A stretch of DNA of 64,000 nucleotides, taken from NCBI GenBank assembly GCA_001938485.1, contig MQRK01249636.1, positions 1-64,000 of the forward strand. Direction: 5' to 3'. Positions 11,391 to 25,600 of the stretch are shown here, piece by piece. This stretch comes from Girardia tigrina. Its lineage: Eukaryota. Position numbers and translations under genes: made by a program. Every line of letters starts with the position of its first letter. Position 1 is the stretch's first letter. The notes under the pieces were generated by a model. The model was not told the origin of the DNA and searched no databases. It was given only the letters and a program-made list of their open reading frames with translations.

Positions 11391-13657
11391 CTGTGCGAAT
11401 ACAATTATAAATTGACTATCGAACAATTGAAAATTACTATAAAAATAAAAAATTAAGCAAATTTTCAATGACATTTTATAAAGCAGAAAGCAAAATGTTT
11501 TCTTTGGGTGTTTGTGAATCACACTTTCCCATATATCAATCTAGTAACATTTGGTTCATTACACAAATAAAATCTAATATAAAATTGATAGTACTATGTA
11601 AAGCTCGTTAAGTAACAAATAATAATCACATTTTCCGGTGGTTTCAACGGTAGTCTGTGAAACAGTGCTAAATCAATACAAATATATTTAGAACAGTTGT
11701 TTCACCTAAAAACTACCGGAAATCAAAGAGTTAATTACAGTAAAATAACTGATTTCCCTGTTATATTGCATTTAAATTCAATCAGAAATTATATTTTATT
11801 TTTTGTCATGAGAGCTACAGTTTTATTGAACATGATAATAAAAATATTTTAAAGAATTACATTTGAATTCGAAAATTTGAAAATAATTTTTTGTATATTT
11901 TTTTCTTTAGATTTTCTTTTTCATGTGGGAAATAATAAGAGAATAAAGAAATATTTGAAAAATTAAAAATAAATTCTATTAACTTCCAATTTCTAAAAAT
12001 TTTGTTTGGCTAGGTTTATGAAAAATACTCATAAAATTACAGTTTATAAGTTTGTTAAATGTAATTGGTCGATACCATCGTTTAAAGTGGAGACGGTTAC
12101 ATTATATTTATTATATTTTATATAAATTTTATATTTTAGAGACTTATGTACAATTTTATGATGAAATTAAGAAGATAATATTGTTACATTTTAATGAAAT
12201 GCTATAAAATATTTTCACGCATCCTTTCAAGGCAATATTGTTGTTATGTTGATGGTTTGCAGTAAAATTTGTTCTTAACACAAAATATTATATAAAATTC
12301 TTTGCCAGTATTTACTTTCTATTTTTGATCATCTCTTCAGTATTTCAATTTACAATATAAGTGTTGTTAACTTTTTGGCCTATCAAATACGGATAAAAAT
12401 CACCTGTCCTAGAATATTCATTATACGGACATGTACAAACATATTAAAAATGTACTCGGGTATATACCCAGCGGTCTGAAGAAACAAATGGGTTCACACG
12501 CAAATAAATACATTTCACCATGTGTTTTAATGGTGTTTTAAAGGTCCGTAAAATCTTTCAAAACATTTCATAAGAATATGTTAAATAATGTTAAAAAAAT
12601 AATTAAACAAAATGGAATAATAAACCAGCGCCATAACACGAAGGTGAGTTATAAAAAACTTCATTATGTTAAATACAATAATTTAATTAGTTCAAAACTT
12701 TAGAAAACGAGATTTTTATCTTCTCCAGTTTCCATTTGTAACTTAAGAGTTCCTAAATTAACCATAAATTCCGAAATTTAAAATAGGAATATGAATATCG
12801 GTATTTAAATCGTTACGATATTCTAAAGAATTTATTTGCATCACTTTGAAAATTGTTATTCAAAATAAAATTCAATAAAATCATGTTTGGAATGCATTCA
12901 TGAGTAGGTCCTCAAATGCATAAATAGACTTCAAGATTCGTGTATAGAGATCTTGTATATAGATGTAATAAGTGCAACGTTGAACACATTGAAAAGACTT
13001 TTCCTTTGTTTCTATAAAGATGCATAAACGTTTGGAGAATGGAATCAACACTGCTAGACATAATAAAAAAAACAAGAATTTAATGATTTTGAAATTTTGT
13101 TTGCAAAGAATTAAATCACTTTAAAAATGGCATTTGGGATTTTTTTAATAATATCATTTGATCCGAAAATTAATATTGTCAATCAATCCTTTGTTAAACA
13201 TTTCCAAATTTGGCTTTATCTGATTATTGATCACAGAACAATTATTTTAACAGAGCCAGAATACCAATGGGTCGTGACTTTTGGTGTATTGAAGAAAGGT
13301 TTTTGTTTTGAGAGTCGCGAACCACAAAAGAGTACTGCTTTAGAATATACTCTATGAAACTACCGTTAAAGATACCTGATGATAAGTATAGTGATTCTGT
13401 GGATAAAAATGACAAAAAAATAAAGTGTTTTGGTACCTTTTAATACATTATTTGTTTTACAAAAAATTTTACTCATTTTATATAAAGATTGTCAATACCA
13501 AGAATAATATCTCCTCGTCGTCAAAAGTTTAGACGTCTATCTGTTGAAACCTAGAACAGAAAGTCTTTATTTACACATTTTTACTTTCTGGCAATATTTA
13601 TTATTATTGACTTATTTTATAAAAATAGATATCTGCAAAATTGTACAGTTTCTTGTA

Positions 13658-14844
13658 CAGGGTGCGGCAGCTATTTGAGAACACGTAATATAGACACCAT
13701 ATCTTTTTGTGTGTTATAATTACATAATTTTATTTTTGCTGGTAGACATGGCAGAAGCTACTCTTACGAATGAAATGAAAAGGCATGCAGTCATTGTGTA
13801 ATTAGCTGCAGGACACACCGATTCAGAAATTGCTACATTTTTGAAAGTCGCCCGGTCGTTTGTTTTTAAAGTTCGTACAGAATTAGGAGCTGCGAAGGGT
13901 GATGGGGCTGANNNNNNNNNNNNNNNNNNNNNNNNNNNNNNNNNNNNNNNNNNNNNNNNNNNNNNNNNNNNNNNNNNNNNNNNNNNNNNNNNNNNNNNNN
14001 NNNNNNNNNNNNNNNNNNNNNNNNNNNNNNNNNNNNNNNNNNNNNNNNNNNNNNNNNNNNNNNNNNNNNNNNNNNNNNNNNNNNNNNNNNNNNNNNNNNN
14101 NNNNNNNNNNNNNNNNNNNNNNNNNNNNNNNNNNNNNNNNNNNNNNNNNNNNNNNNNNNNNNNNNNNNNNNNNNNNNNNNNNNNNNNNNNNNNNNNNNNN
14201 NNNNNNNNNNNNNNNNNNNNNNNNNNNNNNNNNNNNNNNNNNNNNNNNNNNNNNNNNNNNNNNNNNNNNNNNNNNNNNNNNNNNNNNNNNNNNNNNNNNN
14301 NNNNNNNNNNNNNNNNNNNNNNNNNNNNNNNNNNNNNNNNNNNNNNNNNNNNNNNNNNNNNNNNNNNNNNNNNNNNNNNNNNNNNNNNNNNNNNNNNNNN
14401 NNNNNNNNNNNNNNNNNNNNNNNNNNNNNNNNNNNNNNNNNNNNNNNNNNNNNNNNNNNNNNNNNNNNNNNNNNNNNNNNNNNNNNNNNNNNNNNNNNNN
14501 NNNNNNNNNNNNNNNNNNNNNNNNNNNNNNNNNNNNNNNNNNNNNNNNNNNNNNNNNNNNNNNNNNNNNNNNNNNNNNNNNNNNNNNNNNNNNNNNNNNN
14601 NNNNNNNNNNNNNNNNNNNNNNNNNNNNNNNNNNNNNNNNNNNNNNNNNNNNNNNNNNNNNNNNNNNNNNNNNNNNNNNNNNNNNNNNNNNNNNNNNNNN
14701 NNNNNNNNNNNNNNNNNNNNNNNNNNNNNNNNNNTACGTGTTAATATATGTAAAATTTTAAATTGTAATAAATGTTATTTTTCTGTTGTATATTCATTTT
14801 TTGAACTTTATGTCATTTTGTTCTCAAATAGCTGCCGCACCCTG
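13658..14844 (+). mobile_element. Tc1/mariner superfamily element (maT/DD37D-like), mostly in a gap
   Basis: Perfect TIR cagggtgcggcagctatttgagaaca / tgttctcaaatagctgccgcaccctg with TA flanks. HTH-like start MAEATLTNEMKRHAVIV*LAAGHTDSEIATFLKVARSFV. Subfamily is inferred because the catalytic region is N. Confidence 0.85.
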
Positions 14845-15799
14845 TATTTATGTTCTGTCGTGGTCTATACAATCATGGATATGGCCATAATAAATAGAAA
14901 TTTACCGCTGATGAAGCACTTATAGTATCTATTTGTAATAATCATACCATAAATATAAACCCTTGAATATAAAGAACACACGAATAGTACACCAGACAAA
15001 AGTATCTGGGAAAGAACTTGGCAGAATCTAGTGTAGAATAAGAATTGGACAATATCGATTCAGATGATAAAATAGATGAAGTTTTAAAACAGGATTGTTC
15101 AAATGACTTGAACTGGAAATAAGTATGTAAATACAATCTATTAAATATTTCTCTCTGTGTTATTCTTGAATCAAAGTCATCCTACCTGATCATTCACAAC
15201 TAATGGATTAGTTCTAATTATCCTTCTCTACCAAGATTTCACGTTGGTGAATTATTCAAGGTTCATAACACGAAACCTCACTTGGAATAATGATAATGGC
15301 GAATGATTTGACGTTCATGAATATAAATTTACCTTATTCAAATCAATTGTGTAATTATAATAATTGCATTTAACATAGAAATATTTTACAAGAGTTTAAA
15401 ATTCTGCTTTATCGGATTGATACCGTACATCGAAATAACTGCTAAACTTTTGGTCATCTTTCGGTAGTACTACAACTTTTAAAATATTTATTTGGTGATA
15501 AACATTTTTATTCATTTTAAATTCTCAATAGAAAATATAAAATTTTATTCCTAGTTGATCATTCGCAATTAACGGATTAGTCCAAGCATATTATTTAAAA
15601 AAGCGATTAAAAAGATAAACTATGAGCATTTTAGGAATTTTTGATATTATTATATTTAGTTATTATTGTAAGGAGGAATATTATAATCAATATAAAGTAT
15701 ATGAAAACACATATTTATAGTTATTTAAAAAAAAGGATTAACAATATGTTTTATAAAACTACTGAAATCTGTTTAAATTATGTTATTTTTAAATATTAG

Positions 15800-18700
15800 T
15801 AAATTACTGAAAATGACCAATGTTAATTCTTACATGGTTACCCCGGATGTAATAATTTGGAGCAATTTATTATCGATTATCAAAGGCTCTCTGAAGTATC
15901 GCAAGTTAGCGAAACGATAAACGACCCGAAACAATCAAAATGGTAATCATAAAATACTTCAAGCAAATGTACTAAAAGAACAAACAAATTCTCGACAACA
16001 TCCAAAGAAAATGTACATAAACAGTAAGATGAATACTAATATAAGCACACAAAAAACACAAATCATGTGTTATGGAGGTAAAAAGATCGGGCATATTCGT
16101 TGAACATTCCAAGAAAATGTGACAATTGGTTTTAGATGCAGACTCTCGGGACATATTATGGGAGGTTGTCCGTGTATGAAATGTACAGGTTAAAAGCAAT
16201 ATGTCATCTTTAATATCAATTTTATAGAAAGCAAAAGGGATGCTGACAGATAATTGGTATAACATAACAAATCGAAAATCGCTAGAATATTAGGTTATCA
16301 AGTATTAAATTTGTAGGTATGATTACAATAAATTCAAATAGTTATCATTTGACAATGAGTTAACATTTTGTTGCTCAGTTCTTTTGTTTGATTGCTACAT
16401 ATCTTGGCTAGTAAACTCATCAATAAAAATTAATTAAAATTATTAATAACTTGTTTGAATAATACGTATTTTAAAAAAAAATGAAAAAGACAGAAATTCG
16501 AACTATTATAAAGTACGAGTTCTTACGTACGAGCTGGTGGAAGCAATCCACGCACAACTGTTCGAGTACTCGCAGAAGAGCTTAACGTTGATCCATCAAC
16601 CGTCGCTCAGAACTTGAAGCATATTGGAAAGTCAAAAAAGCTTGATAAATTAATGCTTCACAAATTGATTGAAAGTCAAAAAAATCGTCGTTTTTAGATG
16701 TCTTCGGCGCTTCTTCTGCGAAAAAAGAACGACACGTTTCTCGATCGGATTGTGACGTATAATGAGAAATAGATTCTCTACGACAATCGGCGACGTTCAG
16801 CACAATAGTTGGACCGCGATGAAGCTCCTCACCAATTTCGGAAACCGAAACTCCACAAAAGAATGTTATGATGACTGTTTGGTGTTCTGCAGCCGGTCTC
16901 ATCCATAACAGCCTTCTGAATACGGGTGAAAAGATCACCATAGGAAGTACTGCCAAAAAATTGAAAAAATGCATCACCAGCTCTAACTTATGTGCCGAGA
17001 TTGATTAATATGAAGGGGCCAATTCTCCTCCACGACAACGCCCGGTCACACATCGCAAAACCGATCATACAAAAGCTAAACACATTAGGCTACGAAACTC
17101 TGCCTCCTCCACCCTACTCACCGGAATTCTCGCTCACCGACTGCCATTTTTCAAGCATCTGGACAACTTACTCCAAGAAAAATGCTTCAAACACCAAGAC
17201 GACGCCAAACACGCGTTTACCGCTTTCATAGCATCCAGAACTCAGGAGTTCTACACTAGGGGCGTCAATAAACTTGTTTTTCATTGGCAAAAATGTATTA
17301 ATTTTGATGGTTTTATTTCGATTAATAAAGTTTCATTTGTTTAAAGTTTAGGTTCAAAAACCTGCATTGCTTTTGCAACAACCCATTACTATACAGCATA
17401 CAATCTCGATTCGGTTCAGGAAATTCGTGAAAGTTAATTTGAACTTCAATAATGAGTATCGGCGACGCCCAGGAACGCTGGTAGACAATGAGAAACTGAA
17501 GGTCACTGTGGAGTCGAATCCATTACAAAGTACTGAGGATTTATCGCTAAAATTTGTTATTTCAAAGCAAACAATATTGAATCACTTAACTCAAATTTGT
17601 AAAGTGAAAAAATTGGATAAGTGTATTCCACACGATTTGAATGAAAAGCAGAAACAAAAGTGTTTGGATTTTTGTTTGATAATACTTTCTCGTTATAAAT
17701 GTGATTTCTTTTTGAATCGAATCGTCAATTGTGATGGAAAGTATATTCAATATGAAAATCGCAAACGTTCAGCAATTTTGAATTCTTATATATGTAAAAA
17801 TATTAATTGTGATTTTATTTATAATAATAATAAAAATATTAATAAGAGGTATGATATTTATATTATTTATAAAAATAATAAAGGCATTCAAAATGTGATG
17901 TTAGTAGTATGGTCCCAAAAGATAATAGAAAAAGATAAATTATTTGAATGAGGGTAGAAAATTAATAAATGAATTTATAATAAATTTTAATTGAATCAAA
18001 AAGTGAAGTTAGATTATGATGCATTTAGTCTAATCCCGAGTATAAAATTAAATATTTATTGATGGGAATTTAACTGTTTAATTGATATCGATCCCGAATA
18101 AATGTACTAGACCAAAAAGTGGTTTAGGAATTAGGGATTAGAGTGAATAATAAAGCTATGACATCAATAGTAGGTTCCAACAGAAGGGGTATGGGTGTAA
18201 TGGGACGTGTCAGTTAAATGACGAAATATCAGAATTTATGAAATATGTGATATGGTGAAGACAGTATTTAGATCTATAATCTTTGGTATAAAATTAATTA
18301 AGGCATTAGTTTAAAACTTAAGTATCAAGAAGATATTCAAATAATGGATGACAAATTGATGAACATATGAAACATATAAAAATGTGTAATAGATTCATAT
18401 TTAAATAGAAATCAGTATACCGAAGAAAAAAGACTACAGAATGCGAAATGTAAATTACAACTACATATTTATACAAAATTGTATAATTGTATAGATAAAT
18501 TTTTGAAGTGAGACATTGGAAAAACCACTTCAGTGAAACACGAGGTAAAAGCAATATGAGATCCAATTTTACAAAAACCTCGTCGGCAACTAAATCGCTT
18601 TGAAATCATATAGATGAAACTATAATGAATTTGGAAAAAACATTGCATTATAAAAAAATGTTTGTAACGGTGAATACACCAGTGGTCTACATATGGTAAA

Positions 18701-19730
18701 ATTAAAATGAAGAAACTCGGTGGTGTCTGAATTTTAGGTCATTAAATCAACTTACGGAGAGACAATTTTTTCCGATGCCAAACATTAATGAAATGCTAGA
18801 ATCTTTAAATGGCATGAAATAGTTTAGTTCTATAGATGTAGATTCTGTATACTATAGCGTATAGTTTCAAGAAGACGAATCGAAATTAAAACGGTGTTTC
18901 TACTACGACAGGGCAGTATCGTTTTCTCAGAATGATATATAGTATAGCAGCTGTGCTAGCGACGTTTCAAAAGCTAATGACAGATGTGTTGAAAAGATGA
19001 TGTGGTATATTCGATAGTATAAATCACTAGTATATTCGATAATATTTTAATATCATCAGAAATAGAAACACAATATTTTTATATATTTGATAAACCGTTT
19101 TCAAGAATCCAAGCAACCGGACTACGAATAAATCAAGAAAATACTTTTTTTCATAAAGGAATAATGTTTCTAGGTCATATTGTGAATATATACGGTTTGA
19201 AAGCAGATGTAGAGAACTAAAACAATGCAAAAGTTCGAAATGCTGAAATGCATAATAAAGCTCTATAGATTTTTGTTATTGTGCAACTCGTATATGCAGT
19301 TTACAAAATATTGCAAAACCCATTAAAAGAGCTATGCAAAATTCAAAGAATTTGCTCTATTAGTTGGAATCTCACACTGAAAGGATTAGTAAGGTCAAAG
19401 AAAACCTATTGACTAAACGGTTATTATGCTATCCAGAATTCAAGAAAGAATTCACATTAGATACTGATGCTCTATTTTACACCATAGGTGATTTATTATC
19501 ACAAAAAATACAGATGATAATGCACAAGTGATTGTATACGAATGTGCGACGATGTCAAAACACGATATCGGTTTAACCCAAAATTTTAAGCACAACATAT
19601 AGGGCATGCCATTTAAAATGCAAACAGATTATAAAGCAATTGAATTTATGATGACCACATAAAAAACCATAAAACTTCAATTTTAAGGTAAAAGAATTAT
19701 CTGAGTAGTTTGGAAATGGAATTTAAAAGA
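15800..19730 (+). mobile_element. Degenerate Ty3/gypsy element (gag knuckles, protease, RT, RNase H) interrupted by mariners
   Basis: Knuckle relics MCYGGKKIGHIR and FRCRLSGHIMGGCP (~16065-16172). RT RWCLNFRSLNQLTERQFFPMPNINEML (~18718-18797). RNase H CYPEFKKEFTLDTDA (~19427-19471) and FKMQTDYKAI. Boundaries approximate. Confidence 0.75.
16290..17775 (+). mobile_element. Nested mariners: family C (5' end 16290-16529, resuming ~17390-17775) containing a 5'-truncated family B copy (~16530-17386)
   Basis: TA+ttaggtt at 16288 and MKKTEIRTIIKYEFLR at 16481. Family B motifs LLHDNARSH and PPPYSPEFS, with 3' TIR cctgcattgcttttgcaacaaccca. Family C resumes RFRKF...KVKKLDKCIPHDL...FLNRIVNCDGKYIQYENRKRS. 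Confidence 0.8.
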
Positions 19731-20066
19731 GTAAAAACATATTACCTTAAAATTTGGGTGCTTTGTTACGGAATCATTGTACGAGATATGTACAGTATTT
19801 CTTGATGCTTGAAATAAATGACGAACTAAAATACTGACTTTAAATGAAGAAATCTCACAAATTCTATGGCAACAGAATAATGAAACCAGATAACTATGTT
19901 TTAAATTAAACGAAGGCCACGATATCAAATTAAAAGAGTAATTGGTGCATTAGTGTTATAATTTATAACACATTTTACATCGATTTTTGTGTTAGGCTAG
20001 CGTCGACAAGACTGACTCCTTTTTAAAAAACAAACATGATATGAAAAAAATACAATAAATTAACTC

Positions 20067-20740
20067 ACAGGGTACCCAGTAGAAAACCAAAGTGTATTTA
20101 ATTAAACACGTGAAAAAAGCCTTAATTGACTGTCTCTCATTGGTTGATATTTCTATCCTATAATTAAATAGCACATGACATATTTGATTATTTATTTTCT
20201 CTTTAGAAAATGGCTCCAAAATTGACTGATTTTCAACGCTGTGTTATTTCTCTTTTTAAGAAGGAACACCTTACTTATGGCTTACAAAAGTGCACCGAAG
20301 TTCTTCCCCAGTTATTCGCCGATATTACTGAAAATCAGTGTTATGATGTGTATAATAAACTGAAAAATATTGGTGTGGCTGCTGTCCAAATGCATAAATA
20401 CAGAACAGGTAGAAAACAAAAACTTCCCTCTCCAGTTATACAAGCCGTGCTCAGAATGACAGTCCTCGCCGTCAGCACAGCAGTCAACGATAAATCGCAT
20501 CTGCATTGCATATTTCAAAGGAATCAGTGTTCAATATTTCAAAGGAAAGTCGCGTGAAATGTTTTCGCAGAATCAAATGTCATAAACTGGCCAATCAAAA
20601 TGGACAATCATAAAAAAACCGTGTTTCAAAATAAACAGAACTAATCGATATGGTGTTCATGAAAAGTGGAAAACCGTATGGTTCTCAGATGAGGCTACCT
20701 TCAATATAACACTTGCTTTGAACAGACAGAATGAATATAA
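20067..20740 (+). mobile_element. Truncated Tc1/mariner-superfamily relic
   Basis: cagggtacccag terminus-like start, ORF 20210-20557, and first catalytic motif WKTVWFSDEATFNI at ~20667. Confidence 0.6.
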
Positions 20741-21680
20741 ATTGCCATTATTTTTTAAATTCCTTAGTTCAAAAAATTGATAATATTATTTATATAACAT
20801 AAAAAATCTGCATTGTTTAGATGGAAAAATAGGAAATATATAATCAAAACATCTACTATATAAAAGTTATCCATGGAAGGATTCTTCGAACTGTCTTTTG
20901 TAAAAATAATCTGAAGATAATAAATATATAACCTATAATTCAATGTTTCGCTCCACTATCATTGGAATAAGTTAAAGTGATATGAAATTTATCAATTTTT
21001 CACTTCAAATAAGATGTTTATATATCAATAATTCTTTCCTTCTTCCACACTTCCTAGATATACTCACAGAAAATAGCTAAGCATCTGACTGATGTTGAAA
21101 CGAATGAGCAAATCTTTTTACATATTGATACTATAACTAAAATAATGTCGACAAGATACCAAAACAGTAATTAGAAAATAAATATTATAATATTATTATA
21201 GAACAAATATATTAATAAATTATTTTTAAAATCCGAAACATACAATTAAAGTTCATTTTATTATCTATTAGTTCTAATGTTTTGGAGCATTTTAGATCAA
21301 AAGTTTTAAGAGAATATCTATTTTGTTCCAAATATCATGAAAAAACTTTTTCAATAAACTATATTTTACTAAAAGATTGAAAAGATTAGAAAAAGCTTAA
21401 TAAAAAAGGGATTCAAAAATCATGATCCGCAGAAAATCTTATTGAATTATCATCATCTACTCAAAATTTCTAGATTTAGAAATTGATTCAGTGTGTAAAT
21501 TTGGATCATATATCATTTTTTTAATACATGTTTTGAAAATAGATTATTTATTATCCAGAATTATTTATAATAATTATTAATAATTTGTTTATGTGTTATT
21601 ATGTTAATCAATTATTACAGATAATTGACTTAAGGAAGATTAAAGGAAATAAGTTTCATATAGTTTTGTAATAAATAAGC

Positions 21681-21727
<47 letters not shown>

Positions 21728-21731
<4 letters not shown>

Positions 21732-21980
21732 GTTGTTGCAAAAGCAATGTAGGTTTTTGAACCTAAACTTTAAACAAATGTAACTCAGCACAGAATAAAC
21801 TTTATTAATCGAAATAAAAAATATCAGAATCAATACATTTTTGCCAACGAAAAACAAGTTTATTGTCGCCATAGGGTAGACCTCCTGAGTTCTGGATGCC
21901 ATGAAAGCGTTAAAGGCGTCTTTTGCATCGTCTTGGTTTTTAAGCATTTTTCCTGGAGGAAGTTGTCCAGATACTTGCAA
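21728..21980 (-). mobile_element. Mariner family B 3' fragment
   Basis: TIR ttaggttgttgcaaaagcaatgtagg next to (TA)n. Homologous to ~17150-17386 and 58000-58250. Confidence 0.85.
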
Positions 21981-22693
21981 ACTTTGTATTTGGTAAGTGA
22001 GAGGTAAGGTGAGTTATTATTTTTAATTTTGAGAGATTTACAATTTAATTGTTATTTAAAAAAAGATTTTTCAAATAAAAAAGATTGGCGAATGGATTAT
22101 TAAATTAGGAAAAGTAGAAAATTCCGTTAATAATAAAAATAAAACTATGCTTATAATGAATGAAAATATTGATGTAACTAGATAATTTTATTCAATGATA
22201 ATTTTCTTCACCAGATAATTTTATTTCGAAATTGTATGACAAATTCCAAACTTTGTGAACTAAGACCATTGTCACACCCGACCTATTTTTTTCATAAAAG
22301 ATGTTGTGTTGTGAAGTCATATGTGTTGTCTTCTGTACAATTCAATTCGATATTTCGCATTCATTCTAGTGACAAGAAAAAGAAGTTCTTTATTTACTTC
22401 CGATTCTGTTGGGAACTTAATATTAAAATGATGGCCTTTTAAGAATTCTAAGAATTATTCTATCGGGGATTGCTTTCTGGAAACAAGAAAGTTGCCACCT
22501 TGTTGTCTCTTGTAAAAGACAAGAACAAAGAAAATATCAAATAATTTTAACTAAAAAAGGAAGTGAAATTTGAAATTGACGGACTATTAAACAATATAAT
22601 AATATTAAAATTTTCCAATCTGATTGATTTGTTGAAGTTTCAAAATCAATTATTTATAAAGAAATATATTAATTTATGGTTTATTACTAATTA

Positions 22694-25600
22694 TTAATTA
22701 TGATAATGTTTTATTATCCTCAAACATTTTCTATCTATTAGCTCACCTTGATATCCGTTGTTTTCCATATATTTTGATCCAAGTGCCGTAAGAGAACGCA
22801 AATGGTCTTCAAGTCCATTTTTATACATACTGGAACAAATATTGCTCATATTTGTCAGTTCACTAGTTAGACCCGAAACAGGGCCGTCATATGCATTATA
22901 ATTGGAGCCAGCAGATGTACGATTGTTGGTGATATTTTGCTGATAGGAATTATAAAAGTCTGAATTCAAAAGAGCAGCACTAGCAGACAGAGCAGCCATT
23001 TCAGCTGCAGCCGCAGTTTTTTCAATAAAAGCAGCAGCTGCACTAGATGATGGGCTCGGAATTTTATAGCCGCGATCGGAAATAGAAGACACGGACATAT
23101 TAGAACAGACAGGATTGATGGGATTCATGTTGTTATTGTCCTTATTTAGTCCACTACTGTCATGACCGGAAGAATAACCACTGTCCGACCACAGGCTTGA
23201 GTCCAATGATTTCGGTTGAACATGATTTTCATTTGTTGAGATTTTCAAAGAATGAGGAATATTGGATAATTTGGGGGGAATTTTGGATCCGGTTTCTGAA
23301 CTGCCATTTAATTCACTGATATTTCTGAATGAATTATTTGATGAGTATACAGTGGCAGTTGAATTGGGACTAAGAAATGTTTTCTGTCGATGATCTTCAT
23401 CATGTTGAATGACTTTCAAATCTTCTAAAACTTGATCCAATAAATCTTTGTTCATTTTCAAATTTTCCAAATTACTCAATGCTGAAAGTGGATTATCAAA
23501 TTGTTTTTGTAAGCTCTGAAATCCATGAACATTGGAATCATCCTCGGTTTTCATATCCATATTAGACATCATTTTTCGATCAGGTGATTTCCTTAATAAA
23601 AATTCTCTTTTAGGGGACATAATATTTCGTTTTTGACAGCTCAAATTTGCAGGCTCCGGCGATAATTGATTAATGGAATCTGGCTGAGAGTCCATATTAT
23701 CATTTATATCACCCCCACTCGCAGCATCGTCAACTTTAATATGTCCAGACACGGGACTGTTACTACGTGATAAAGAATGCTGGTCAGGTACACATGAATT
23801 ATTATTATTTAGAATATAATTTGCATCAAAACTTGATACTCCATTCGTGTGACTCGAAGACGCATAAGGAGTAATTCGATTTGAGGTTAATTTCTTCGGA
23901 CCGTTTAAGTTTAGCGAATATCGTTTTGAATTGTCAGGTGTATTACGGTGATGCTGTAAAATTTCAGGAGTCATTCTGCCATCTTGAATATCGGAGAATC
24001 CTGACAATGGTCGGGTATTATTTTTGGACGACATACAACTCGCACTATTATTTGAAGTAGATTGGACTAAAGAGGGGATGTATTGGGATTTAGTGTTCGA
24101 TATCGGTGAATGAGGTTCCGCATCATCTTCTTGATCTTCTTTATAAGAAAGAGAGTCGTCATCATCTCCATTTTGGGCTTCATTTAAACTCATTGCCAAT
24201 AATGCATCGAGTTCTTTTAATACTTTACGTTTTCTTCCACGTTTTGATTTAATTGACAACTCAATTGTACAAAGTTCTTCTAGAGAAAACTCTTCAACAT
24301 CTCCATAATATCTTGGTGGATTACTCAACACTTCGTCAACTATCATAAATACTTCCTTCCTTAGCAAATCATTCTCTTCTACGGGAGCTGGTTTTTTAAA
24401 TATATCAATGATATTTGGATCTTTTTCTAAATTACTAATAATTCCGTTTACATCACTTTCAATTTTTGATTCTAATTTTCCATCATTTTCATCGGAATTC
24501 ACATCAAATTTCGATTCTTGTCGATGGTGGCAATCAGTGTCTAGAAGAGGATCTGATCTGATTCTAGGTGGTCTACCAACCGGTCTACTTCCAGGTGGCC
24601 GACAATCATTTGTTATCGGCTTCAACCCCAACAATCTTTCACAATCCTTAGCATGAGCATTTCGACAATGGTAATTTAAAGACGCTTTTTGTCGACAACT
24701 ATAATCACACAACTCACATTTAAATGGTTTTTCTCCCGTATGACGAATTAAATGAACATTCAAAGTTTCTTGGGTTCTAAAACTTCTATTACAATCCGGC
24801 CAATGACAATGGTAATTTTTCTCACCATCATGCATTGCCATATGACGTTTTAAATGACTTTTTCTCTGAAACACCAATTTACACGTATCAACTGGACAAA
24901 AATGCTTTTTTGGTTGTAATTTATGAAATTCATCTTTGTGATTTTTCAAATATTTCGGTGTCCGAAAAGCCCGATCACAATTATCAATGTCGCAAACGTA
25001 CGGCTTTTCGGGATTATGAACGTCGGCATGGTAACGTAATTTCAATTTCGTTTTGAGCTTTTTACAGCATTGTTGACATTGATAAGTATTATCATTGGTA
25101 TGCATTCGTAAATGGTCCTTTAAAAGAAATTCACTAGCAAACATCCGATCGCAAATATCGCATCGGCAATGCTGAGTGTCGTTAATTTCCGCGTGATTAA
25201 TATGCATATGTTTTAATAGATTTTTCTGGTATTGAGATGAATATGAGCACTTTTCGCACTTGTATTTCTTTTCATCGAGATTCATATGCTTTTTCAAATG
25301 ACTCCGTAATGACGATTGATTGGTGTAGCATTTATTACAATAATTACAACGAAAATCCTGAATATGCGGATGAGAAATCGGATGAATCGGTAAGGGATCA
25401 ACATCAACATTGCCTTGTCCATTCATCATCATACTAATATGAAACTGGGATCGCATATCTGACACTGGATATGGTTGAGGATTGACTGGATGTCGAGGGG
25501 GTTTTGAATAGTCGAAATTCATACTCGAATGATTGAGATGCATATTAGGATTCGGATGGGGTAATCTACAGTGTAAAGGGTCGGATTTAAACGGTTTTTG

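Noticed and set aside
11250-11522. ORF-track 90-aa hydrophobic ORF
   Set aside because: Probably the wrong frame of the putative zinc-finger exon 11229-11390 plus intron sequence.
13841-14761. Long X-containing ORFs (also 26791-27736, 38614-39253, 61658-62413)
   Set aside because: Artefacts of N runs.
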